Shown here: piece by piece, positions 10,706-20,113 of the stretch
Position numbering within the stretch: the first letter of the stretch is position 1
Layout of the letters: each line of letters begins with the position of its first letter
Assembly (NCBI GenBank): GCA_965203275.1
Contig: OZ241865.1
Location: 2,368,001 to 2,432,000, forward strand
Reading direction: 5' to 3'
Length of the DNA: 64,000 nt
Source: Bdellovibrionales bacterium
Lineage (GTDB): Bacteria > Bdellovibrionota > Bdellovibrionia > Bdellovibrionales > JAUICD01
The notes under the pieces: generated by a model
Told to the model about the DNA's origin: nothing
The model's database searches: none
What the model saw: the letters and a program-made list of their open reading frames with translations, nothing else
Program-made: the position numbers and the translations under genes

Positions 10706-11563
10706 ATGAAACACAAAACCATCAAAACTTATGGAAAAGCTATCATTACAGGGGAACACAGTGTTCTCAGAGGAGGACTTGCAGTGGCATTTCCTCTCTC
10801 CCATCAATATTTAGAAATCACAACTTTTTTGAACACATCGTTAAATATTCCCCTACAAAAATCATCAGGTCGAAATTCAAAACAGCAGGTCATAGATCAA
10901 AAATTGCTTCGAAGAGTTTTAGAACTTTGTGGAAAATCTCTTACTGATTTTCAAGGCAATATTTTAATTAAAAATAATCTTGCAGGAGGCGGATTGGGTA
11001 GTAGTGCTGCTTTATGTGTTGCCTTGGGGCGTCTAATGGTCGATTGTGGTTTTCTACACTCAGGTGATCTTTTTAATTATTGTCATACATTAGAAAAATT
11101 TTTTCATGGAGAAAGCAGTGGATTAGATGTTGCAGTCATTTTAGAACAAACGCCTGTTTTTTATCAAAGAGAGCAAGGAACCACTCCTTTAAAGCTTCAG
11201 TGGCAACCTCATTTTTTCGTGTCCTTTTGTGGTCAAACAAGCCAAACTGATCAAAATATAACAAAAGTTCAAGCTCAAAGCACACTGCACATAGATCAAA
11301 AAATGTCTCATGCATCTTCTTTGGTCATACAAGCATTGCAAACAAACTCCACAGATGGCTTGCCTTTATTGATAGAGGCTATTCAAACAGCCAACCTTTG
11401 CTTTGAAGAGTGGTCCTTAATCACAAAAACTTTAAAGGAACATCTAAAGCACTGTCAAAAAGATGGAGCTATAGCTGTTAAACCAACAGGTTCTGGTGGT
11501 GGAGGGCATGTCTTGAGTTTGTTTAAATATCCACCCACATCTTCTATTTATACAAAAATTTGA
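10706..11563 (+). CDS. mvk: Mevalonate kinase (GHMP family)
   Basis: GKAIITGEHSV, GLGSSAA, HGESSGLD and TGSGGGG motifs. Confidence 0.85.
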   Translation: MKHKTIKTYGKAIITGEHSVLRGGLAVAFPLSHQYLEITTFLNTSLNIPLQKSSGRNSKQQVIDQKLLRRVLELCGKSLTDFQGNILIKNNLAGGGLGSSAALCVALGRLMVDCGFLHSGDLFNYCHTLEKFFHGESSGLDVAVILEQTPVFYQREQGTTPLKLQWQPHFFVSFCGQTSQTDQNITKVQAQSTLHIDQKMSHASSLVIQALQTNSTDGLPLLIEAIQTANLCFEEWSLITKTLKEHLKHCQKDGAIAVKPTGSGGGGHVLSLFKYPPTSSIYTKI

Positions 11564-11640
11564 TTAAACTAAAATCTAAAATATTTATAAAATAGCTTAG
11601 CTTCCAGTTATTTTGAGTTAGAGAGATATTCTGATATTAT

Positions 11641-12303
11641 CTAAATTTGATGAAGGGTTTGGATGCTTTTTTTGTAATTATTTTTAAAGATATAATGACC
11701 TGCCACTAGAACATTGGCCCCTGCTTGGATACAGGCTTTTTTTGTCATAGCGTTGACGCCTCCATCCACAGAAATCCAAAGAGGTTGTTTGCAGTGCTTT
11801 TGAATAACTTTGATTTTTTCAAGTGGCTTTGGCATAAAACTTTGGCCAGAAAAACCTGGATTGACTGTCATAATCAAAACAAGCTCTACGTCATTTAAAA
11901 AAGGTATCAATTGCATCACATCAGTTGCAGGCTTTAAAGTAAGTCCTGCCTTCATTCCTAACTTGTGTATTTGGTTTAGAGTCTCTTGAGGATTTGTAAG
12001 GGTTTCTATATGGACTGTTAAAATATCAGCTCCTGCTTTTGCAAAAGGCAAAATATATTTATCTGGATTTTCTATCATAAGATGTACGTCTAGTGGTAAA
12101 GAAGTGATTTTTTTAATAGAGGCCACAAGACATGGACCCATTGTAAGATTAGGGACAAAATGTCCGTCCATGACATCTATATGGAGCCAATCTGCTCCTG
12201 CCACTTTCACAGCCTGCACTTCATCTGATAAATGAGCTAAGTCTGCCGAGAGTAAACTAGGAGAGACTAAAATTTTATTGTTAGTTACTTTTTCTATCAC
12301 CAA
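11641..12303 (-). CDS. rpe: Ribulose-phosphate 3-epimerase
   Basis: SPSLLSAD, HIDVMDGHFVPN, MTVNPGF and VDGG motifs. Confidence 0.97.
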   Translation of the reverse strand: MVIEKVTNNKILVSPSLLSADLAHLSDEVQAVKVAGADWLHIDVMDGHFVPNLTMGPCLVASIKKITSLPLDVHLMIENPDKYILPFAKAGADILTVHIETLTNPQETLNQIHKLGMKAGLTLKPATDVMQLIPFLNDVELVLIMTVNPGFSGQSFMPKPLEKIKVIQKHCKQPLWISVDGGVNAMTKKACIQAGANVLVAGHYIFKNNYKKSIQTLHQI

Positions 12304-13235
12304 ATTTCTCCTACTTGAATATGGTATCCATTAATATACTGATCAGCTGTCATCGTTTGCTTTGACTCTGGTTGTATTTCCAATACATCAATAAAGCCTT
12401 TTTTACAAGACAAAGTGATGGCTTGTGGAGATATATGGACTACCTGCCCAGGTTGATATTTTTGAGAAGAATCTATAGATTGTGTTGTCAGGGTCATTTT
12501 TTTGATTTTGAGTCTTTTCCCTAAGCGTTGAATATAAACTCCAGGCCACATAAACAAACCTCGATATTGATTGAATATCTCTTGGGCCGAAGCTCTAAAA
12601 TCAATACGTCCTTCTTCTTTTTTTATTTTAGAAGCATAGCTTACAAGAGATTCGTTTTGTTCATTTAGCTTTGTAAGATGCCCTCTGAGATATTTCAAAA
12701 AAACATCTTTAATCAACTCAGCCCCCATTTGACTTAAAGTGACATAGAGTTGATCAGCTGTCATATTTACAGGGATTAAATAGCTTTTCTGTCCTAAGAC
12801 AGGTCCTGCATCTAGCTTTTTAACCATTTTTTGCAGACTCACCCCTGTTTGAGTATCTCCTGCCATTAAGGCTCTTTGGATAGGTGCAGCCCCTCTCCAC
12901 TGAGGCAATAAACTAGCATGTAAATTGACAGCTCCTTGAGGGAAAGCATCTAAAAATACTTGCTTTAAAATTTGTCCGTATGCGACAACCATAGCACAAT
13001 CTGCTTTAAGTTGTTGGATTTCCTCTAAAATAATATGAGGGCTATCTGTTTTGAAAGTGGGAATATCAAGTAACAGAGCAGCTTGAGCTATAGGTGAGGG
13101 TTTTAATTTCATTTTGCGACCAGCAGGGCGATCAGGTTGGGTGATCACACCTACCAAGTCAGTTGTTTGGTGGAGTACATGAAGTGATGGTAAAGCAAAA
13201 TCAGGTGTTCCTATAAATAAAATTCTGAAAGCCAT
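12297..13235 (-). CDS. fmt: Methionyl-tRNA formyltransferase
   Basis: FIGTPDFA, TQPDRPAGR and NLHASLLPQWRGAAPIQ motifs. Confidence 0.97.
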   Translation of the reverse strand: MAFRILFIGTPDFALPSLHVLHQTTDLVGVITQPDRPAGRKMKLKPSPIAQAALLLDIPTFKTDSPHIILEEIQQLKADCAMVVAYGQILKQVFLDAFPQGAVNLHASLLPQWRGAAPIQRALMAGDTQTGVSLQKMVKKLDAGPVLGQKSYLIPVNMTADQLYVTLSQMGAELIKDVFLKYLRGHLTKLNEQNESLVSYASKIKKEEGRIDFRASAQEIFNQYRGLFMWPGVYIQRLGKRLKIKKMTLTTQSIDSSQKYQPGQVVHISPQAITLSCKKGFIDVLEIQPESKQTMTADQYINGYHIQVGEIW

Positions 13236-13299
13236 AATAAAAAACCTTTTTATTTATTACTGGACGTTCAATCTATAAAATTTTATTCTACACAATGTA

Positions 13300-14328
13300 A
13301 TGGGTATTTTATCAAAAAAGCTCAAATGCAAGCATGATTTTCAAGGTCGAGATCATATTGATCTTTCTTATACACTGACTGCTTATTTAAAGCAACTGAC
13401 CTCCTCATCATCTCAACAAAATAATATTTTTGATAATCATTCTGATGAAGAAATCCTTTTAGATTTTACTTTTTTATGTTTTTCATTGGCTTATTGGAGA
13501 GGGCATCAAAAAGAGTTTTGGATTCAAATGAAACAAATCCTTGAATCTTTTGAGGATTCAATAGATAGAAGGTTTTGTGAAGCTCTTTACTGTTTGCAGG
13601 TTTGCTCTATTGAAAATCAAAAAAGTCTCTATGAAATAATACAAAGGCAAGTTCAGTCGAAAATAAAATCAAATGATCAGCTACGTATTATACCTAGTGA
13701 GAATGGTTCTATGATTGCTCTTATTTTGTCTGCTGATAAGAGCTTGTTTGTTCAATCTTATTTGCCTTATGGGGTCATTTATCAAGGGGATATTTTGCCT
13801 TTATCTGATGGCACGTCTGTGCAGTACACTCCTGAAATGGATCTTGTGTCTCACAAACTCCATATTTTAAGAAAAAATGCTCAAGATTTTTATTTTATTC
13901 AGAAAATAAAAAATCTCTTTTCTGTTAAAGAGGTATCAGGTGTGACCTTTACTTCTAATGGCTTTGATCAGGTGAAAATGCTTGAAAAACATTTTCAGGT
14001 ATATTATTGTCTCAAGCATTTAGAGCAGTTTTTTATAGATCGGTCGACAGATCCCTATTATAAAAAGCTTGTAGAGCTGTTAGAAACCCAAATGCAATCT
14101 CTTTCAGAAACAGAAACCTTACAACAATTAGAAAGTAGCACAAAAGTTTATGAAAAGTGCAGAGTTATTGTGGATGGCATATTTCAAAATGATAAATTGC
14201 TTTTGCTTTTATTAAGGCAGATGAATGAAAGAATCAATCAAGTCAAAACACTGTTAGGAGAAGTCTGTGAAAAAAACATCAAAGAAAATCAGACTCAATC
14301 ATCTCTTAGCCCAGAGTGGGGTATGTAG
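13300..14328 (+). CDS. Hypothetical protein
   Basis: 342-aa ORF overlapping the rluB start; no motif recognised. Confidence 0.7.
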   Translation: MGILSKKLKCKHDFQGRDHIDLSYTLTAYLKQLTSSSSQQNNIFDNHSDEEILLDFTFLCFSLAYWRGHQKEFWIQMKQILESFEDSIDRRFCEALYCLQVCSIENQKSLYEIIQRQVQSKIKSNDQLRIIPSENGSMIALILSADKSLFVQSYLPYGVIYQGDILPLSDGTSVQYTPEMDLVSHKLHILRKNAQDFYFIQKIKNLFSVKEVSGVTFTSNGFDQVKMLEKHFQVYYCLKHLEQFFIDRSTDPYYKKLVELLETQMQSLSETETLQQLESSTKVYEKCRVIVDGIFQNDKLLLLLLRQMNERINQVKTLLGEVCEKNIKENQTQSSLSPEWGM

Positions 14329-14992
14329 TCGGAGAAAGGCAGATCATCTCTTACAGGCAGGTCATATTCAAGTCAATAAAAAGCGTATTTTACAATTAGG
14401 TTTTAAAGTCGACCCTTTAAAAGATCAGGTTACAGTCCATGGACGTTTGGTTATTTGGAAAGAAGATTTTGTTTATTATCTTTTTAATAAACCTAAAAAT
14501 GTATTGACTACATTAAATGATCCTCAAGGACGTTTGAATATTTCTGATTTTTTAAAAGGGATTCGTAAGAGGGTTTTCCCTGTGGGGCGTTTAGATTGGG
14601 ATTGTGAGGGTTTGTTGATTTTGACCAATGACGGTCAGTTAGCTCATCGCATTTTACATCCTCGCTTTGCTGTGACAAAAACTTACATAGCTAAAATTAA
14701 TGGTCGGATAAAAAGAGAGCATATAAATAAATTAAAAGAGGGTGTCTTTATTTTAGGGAAAAAAGTAAAAGCAAAAGAAGTTATTTATTTAAAAAAGCGA
14801 TCAAGTAATAAGTATGACTGGGTTCAGATCACTATTTCAGAAGGGAAAAATCAGCAAATTAAACGTATGTTTTGGAAAATAGGTTTTGATGTTCTTAAAT
14901 TAAAACGTATTAAGATAGGGGGGCTGTCTATAGGTCGTTTGAAGAAGGGACAAATACGTCAAATGAATGCAAGAGATATATCTAAAATCTAA
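14267..14992 (+). CDS. rluB: rRNA pseudouridine synthase (RsuA/RluB family)
   Basis: S4 domain (SRRKAD), PVGRLD and EGKNQQIKRM motifs. Confidence 0.9.
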   Translation: MKKTSKKIRLNHLLAQSGVCSRRKADHLLQAGHIQVNKKRILQLGFKVDPLKDQVTVHGRLVIWKEDFVYYLFNKPKNVLTTLNDPQGRLNISDFLKGIRKRVFPVGRLDWDCEGLLILTNDGQLAHRILHPRFAVTKTYIAKINGRIKREHINKLKEGVFILGKKVKAKEVIYLKKRSSNKYDWVQITISEGKNQQIKRMFWKIGFDVLKLKRIKIGGLSIGRLKKGQIRQMNARDISKI

Positions 14993-15033
14993 CTTTATAA
15001 TCATCAAGCTTTCTGTTGTATTCATTTGTTGTA

Positions 15034-15822
15034 TTAACAAGTAGGGAATGAGGGTTTGCGTTTTTCTAAAAAGGCAGCAAGTCCTTCTTGACCCTCTGGA
15101 CTTGATTGGCATTTTTTTAATAAAGAGATTGCTTCTGAAAGTAACTCCTTTGGAATATCATCTTGTATTTTTCTAATCAGGGATTTGGTAGCTCTCACTG
15201 CCCCTCTCCCTACAGATGATATGTGATGGCATTTGTCGACAATATATTTATCTACTTCTTGCTCTGTACCTACAAAATTCAAAAGTCCTTTTGATAAGGC
15301 TTTATCAGCATGGAACATTTCACCAGTCAACATGACTTCCAAAAGTGAAGCTGGAAGTGCTTTTTTACAAACAAATAGACTAATAATAGCAGGAAGGACT
15401 CCTAGTTTGACTTCGCTAAAAGCAAAAAGAGTTTCGTGAGTAGCAGCTACAATATCAGAAGCAGCAGTGATTCCAATGCCTCCTCCAATAGTATGGCCAT
15501 GGATACGGCAAATCACAGGATGAGGACATTGATAGATTGTTTGCAAAAGCGTGTAAATAATATCCACAGATGTATTTTGAGGTTTGTGAGATGATTTCAT
15601 CCAATTGATATCTCCTCCCGCACAAAAGCTTTTGCCATTCCCTCTTAAAACAATAGCAGCGATATTGGCTTGAGAAGAGCTACTGTATTTTTGAAACACA
15701 TCAATAAGCTCTTGCATCATATCTTCATTAAGTGCATTGCGATATTTTGGCCGATTAAGAGCAATAGTTAAAATAGATTTTTCTTCTGAGCATTCAATAG
15801 ATGACATGATCATACCTTTCAA
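15034..15822 (-). CDS. Enoyl-CoA hydratase (methylglutaconyl-CoA hydratase-like)
   Basis: LNRP..RNAL, FCAGGD, GGGIG, FSEVKLG and EGLAAFLEKRKP motifs. Confidence 0.92.
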   Translation of the reverse strand: MKGMIMSSIECSEEKSILTIALNRPKYRNALNEDMMQELIDVFQKYSSSSQANIAAIVLRGNGKSFCAGGDINWMKSSHKPQNTSVDIIYTLLQTIYQCPHPVICRIHGHTIGGGIGITAASDIVAATHETLFAFSEVKLGVLPAIISLFVCKKALPASLLEVMLTGEMFHADKALSKGLLNFVGTEQEVDKYIVDKCHHISSVGRGAVRATKSLIRKIQDDIPKELLSEAISLLKKCQSSPEGQEGLAAFLEKRKPSFPTC

Positions 15823-15846
15823 TATAATTAGTTGATTATAGTAAGT

Positions 15847-16803
15847 TTATTTACAGATTTTGTGGACTTCTTCTTCTGATAAGCCAGTGATCTCACAAAC
15901 TTCTTGAATAGTCATGTTTTTTTCAATAAGTTTAAGAGCTACCTCCTGCCGACCTTCCTGCCGACCTTCCTGCCGACCTTTTTGCAGACCTTTTTGCAGA
16001 CCTTCTTGCAGGCCTTCTTGTCTTAATTTAAAAGCGGTACTTGGCATAACTAATCCCTCCTTCTTGGAAATAATCCCACTTTCAATATCACTCAATACTT
16101 TCCTTGAATAATCTGTTACTTGTAACAAATATTCACCTAAAATACCTCCATACTCATTGTACAAAATAGAACCTTTACTACTATTGTAGCAGAGTTCAAG
16201 AACAGACTTAATCGCATCTTTTGTCATATTAGGAGCAAATTTAAAAGCATAACAAAGAGCGGCTATAGCTCCTGCCTCTTCTCTTATATCTTGCTCCGAC
16301 TTTCTATTTAAGTCTACCACATCTAAACCAAAATTCAAGCCCGAAGGCCCAAAAACTCTCTTCATCTCTGATGTCCAGTCAAATGCAGACTGTAAATTAG
16401 TTGCCATATTGAAAGGTGCTTTGCCGTGTAATAGCACAACAGTCATTACAGGATAAATCTTTGCTTCTAAGAGGGCTACATTGTATTTCAAAACTTGAAG
16501 ATAAAACTGTTTTTGAGAACTTATTGAGCTTTTATGTTCTACAATCACTCCCACAAGGGTTTTTGTATTCATCCCCTTTAAACCAATCTGAGCAATCACA
16601 TCCGCACGACATTCTTGAAATATCCCACCTATTTTCTTTTGGATCATCTCTGTTCCAATAAATTCAAACCTATTAAAGTCTAATGCATTAAATTTTTCTG
16701 CACTTAATGCAAATTTTAAAAAACTCTTAAAACGAGCTTTTTGTTTAAGACATAACTTTGCTGTTTTATCAAAATCAATTTGAGAATCACTTACACTTAC
16801 CAT
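15847..16803 (-). CDS. Rpn/YhgA-like recombination-promoting nuclease (PD-(D/E)XK putative transposase)
   Basis: RAD...VEHKS core; C-terminal EGLQEGLQKG..EGRQEG repeats followed by ITGLSEEEV. Confidence 0.85.
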   Translation of the reverse strand: MVSVSDSQIDFDKTAKLCLKQKARFKSFLKFALSAEKFNALDFNRFEFIGTEMIQKKIGGIFQECRADVIAQIGLKGMNTKTLVGVIVEHKSSISSQKQFYLQVLKYNVALLEAKIYPVMTVVLLHGKAPFNMATNLQSAFDWTSEMKRVFGPSGLNFGLDVVDLNRKSEQDIREEAGAIAALCYAFKFAPNMTKDAIKSVLELCYNSSKGSILYNEYGGILGEYLLQVTDYSRKVLSDIESGIISKKEGLVMPSTAFKLRQEGLQEGLQKGLQKGRQEGRQEGRQEVALKLIEKNMTIQEVCEITGLSEEEVHKICK

Positions 16804-16933
16804 AATTATTACTCCTTCTTTTTTAAGGTTGGCTTAAAAGTTTAGTTTAAAAAGTTTAAGATAATCATTAAAATTGATAATGTCAAGAGATTATTGTGAG
16901 TATTATTGACAGTGCTTGTTATTATGGTAGTGT

Positions 16934-16996
16934 TAGGAAACGATTCCTTAACATGATATTTATCCGGGATCCGGGATCTGGCAACCCGGCATTAGG
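16934..16996. repeat. Short GGGATC(C/T)-rich repeat joined to a TTCCTTAACAT element end
   Basis: ttccttaacatgatatttatccgggatccgggatctggcaacccgg; related copies near 18073, 18685, 22850, 24627 and 37401. Confidence 0.75.
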
Positions 16997-17138
16997 TCTT
17001 ATAGCACTGTCATTGAGATATAGGAAATATATCTAAGAGAGAGATAATTTTTTAAAAATCATCAATGTTTTCTAATAAGGTATCAACAACTTCACTTGTC
17101 TAATGTGGATTGACAAATAAAGTTGTTGTCTTCAAAGT

Positions 17139-17720
17139 CTATCTAAGTGATTCGAGTCCTAATTGCCCCGCTACCGTATCATTTGAAATGCTTGAACGAA
17201 TATTGGCTAGAAGATTCCAAAGATTAGTGAAGCCATCCTGTGTCAATACGATAAAGTTTTGCCATTCTCCAGAATTTTTCTGTTGCAAATATGTAAACGA
17301 TATACCTGCTACAATTGTGGAACCTACTAAAAGAGTCCCTGTTTTTGCCACTCTCATAAGATTCCTGAGATTTCTAAAGAAAGCCCTTATAGCAATTGTA
17401 GTAGCAGTAGCTCCTATCCCTAAAGCAGCAAAGGTGTATAGACTATCTTCTGATAACAAAGCTTTAATCTTACCATCATTAGTTAGTGTAGCTCCAGCCA
17501 GATCAGTTTGTAAGGCTCCTGTGTGATGAAGTAAGAACTGAGCTTCTGTCGCCGTTACCCTATCTGATTGAGCTACAGCTCTTCCTTGGGGTTTTTCTTG
17601 TGCTTTTGCACTTTTTGAACTTTGATGATGATCGTGTTTGGCTACTGTCTCTGGTGCAGTCGTGCATCCCACTGATATAGTCACCAAAGCAAATAATAAA
17701 AAGCTTAAATAATATTTCAT
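17139..17720 (-). CDS. Lipoprotein, family X member 1
   Basis: Lipobox ISVGC, GGAG RBS; paralog of 21914-22501. Confidence 0.85.
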   Translation of the reverse strand: MKYYLSFLLFALVTISVGCTTAPETVAKHDHHQSSKSAKAQEKPQGRAVAQSDRVTATEAQFLLHHTGALQTDLAGATLTNDGKIKALLSEDSLYTFAALGIGATATTIAIRAFFRNLRNLMRVAKTGTLLVGSTIVAGISFTYLQQKNSGEWQNFIVLTQDGFTNLWNLLANIRSSISNDTVAGQLGLESLR

Positions 17721-17733
17721 GATTGACTCCTTT

Positions 17734-18006
<273 letters not shown>

Positions 18007-18127
18007 GAATAAGTCCTTCCTTTTGTTTTTCAACATTGTGTTAAGGGAACAATTCCTTCTAATGCTTGAGTGCCGGATCCCGTCCCGGATAAAGTATATT
18101 TAAATACCCTTTCATTACTATTATCGG

Positions 18128-18313
18128 CTCAAAATATTGAATACTTTTATCAACTTTTAATTTTATCTAAAACTTAGTCTTTTGTCTTATGGTTTCTAAC
18201 ATGGAATTCTTCTTGTTTCACTCAAAATATTGAATACTTTTATCAACTTTTAATTTTATCTAAAACTTAGTCTTTTGTCTTATGGTTTCTAACATGGAAT
18301 TCTTCTTGTTTCA
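18128..18313. repeat. 93-bp tandem duplication
   Basis: Units start at 18128 and 18221, bounded by CTCAAAATA microhomology. Confidence 0.92.
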
Positions 18314-19082
18314 CTCAAAATAAATCATGCCTCTGTTTCCCTAAAATTGAACTAGCCTCTGGCTACTTTTGGGCAGTTAGCCCGACGGCTACCGCCGTCG
18401 ATCAAAGGCTAACCGCCTCAAAAGCTTGTTCAATTTTAGGAAGAAGAATCTCTTCGTCTCTTGACCACATGTTAAGGAAAAAGTTCCTTCTTACACCTTG
18501 GGCAATGACCGCAATGGCTTTCGCCATTGGCAAAATGCTCATTGCCTCAAAAATCTATGCATTTTGAGTAGAGGAGGATCCTTTTATTCCTCTACACCAT
18601 GTTAGGGAAACAAGATATGTCTCTAAAATGTTTTTGGAGAGCAAGCGGATTTACGAATAAGGAACTTTTTCCTTAACATGAAATTTATCCGGGATCTGGG
18701 ATCCGGGATCTGGGAGATGTTTCCTTAACATGATGTTAAAAAACGAGGAGATCCTCTCTACTCAAAATGAGCAGTTTTTTGCGGCATTGCTCTTTTTGGA
18801 CAGCGATAGCTGTCAGAGCAATGCCCAAAAACACACCAGAGGTGTGGCTCATTTTGAGTGAAACAACTAACTTCCTACTCAAAGTGAACAGGCTTTTGAG
18901 ACAATGACCATTTTGTCAAAGGCGAAAGCCTTTGCGGTCATTGTCTAAAAGTGACCAGAGGTCAGTTCACTTTGAGTGAAACAGAGGCTGGTTTATTTTT
19001 AGTGAGACAAACGTGGTCATCGCCAGAAAGTGACCAGAGGTCAGTTCATTTTGAGTGAAACAAACCACATTTAGTGAAAAAG
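18307..19082. repeat. Cluster 2 of nested palindromic elements
   Basis: Copies 18334-18480 (-), 18717-18865 (+) and 18871-18983 (+), plus fragments. Confidence 0.9.
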
Positions 19083-19128
19083 AAGGCATGATGGAGCATA
19101 AAGGCCGCTTGCTACGGCCCTTGTATTC

Positions 19129-19851
19129 TTATTGACGTGTCGATCTTAAGAGTGTTTTCACATCTTCTGAAGTCATTACAGTATCTCCTGTTTCTTCTAT
19201 AACTATTCTCACATTTTCTTCAGTTATAACAATATCTTCAGCCTTTAGCATTAATTGGATAATTTCACTATAGCTATTAATTAAAAAGGGGTATCTGAGA
19301 TAGGATATGTAAGCCAGTGCAAAGGCATTCATTAAAGGCGAAGAAGGTTTTATAGTTTGAATGTCAACGTCAGCTCCGGCTACTAGCAATAGCTTGACAA
19401 TCTCAATATAAAGATCGTGGTGGGTATCTTCAGTAGACCTTTGAAGAGCATATATTAAAGGCGGATTGCCATTTTCATTGTCTCTAGTATTAACATCAGC
19501 ACCGGCTTCTAGCAATAGCCTGACAATCTCAATATGGCCTCTATAACTAGCATCTATTAATGCCGTCGTACCATTATCGCTTAGATGATTGACGTCAGCA
19601 CCGTTTGCAATTAAACGTCTTACACCATTAAGGTCGTTAATTATAATGCATTGTCTTAGGGATTCACATTGCTGAGTGTCTACTGCATCTTGAGTGTCTA
19701 CTGCATCTTGAGTGTCTACTGCATCTTGAGTATCTACTGCATTTTGAATATCTACTGCATGTTGAGTGTCTATTGTATTGTGAGTAAATTCTTTATTTTG
19801 ACATGCAACCATGGACAAAAATAAAGATAAAGAAAAAAATATATTTTTCAT
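19129..19851 (-). CDS. Ankyrin-repeat lipoprotein with DTQDAV tandem repeats
   Basis: Lipobox MVAC, 18-bp repeats, ankyrin motifs, C-terminal SEDVKTLLRS. Confidence 0.9.
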   Translation of the reverse strand: MKNIFFSLSLFLSMVACQNKEFTHNTIDTQHAVDIQNAVDTQDAVDTQDAVDTQDAVDTQQCESLRQCIIINDLNGVRRLIANGADVNHLSDNGTTALIDASYRGHIEIVRLLLEAGADVNTRDNENGNPPLIYALQRSTEDTHHDLYIEIVKLLLVAGADVDIQTIKPSSPLMNAFALAYISYLRYPFLINSYSEIIQLMLKAEDIVITEENVRIVIEETGDTVMTSEDVKTLLRSTRQ

Positions 19852-20113
19852 TGTTTATACCTCCTTTTTAATAGGTTTAAAGTTTTAATTTAAAATAATA
19901 CTAAAGGTACATGCAAGATTAAGGCCTTAATTAAATAGGCTTTTCTTATGTTTTAGAAGCAAAACATGACAATTTTTGTCATTATATCTTATTTAGGGGC
20001 CAAAATCAGGCACTTTTTAAGGATTAAGAAAAAAGTGGGTAGAAGTCCCAATCCTTAAGTAAGTCCAAAGAACGGCTTGATTTGTCTAAAATCCTATACT
20101 TCCACTTTTAGGA

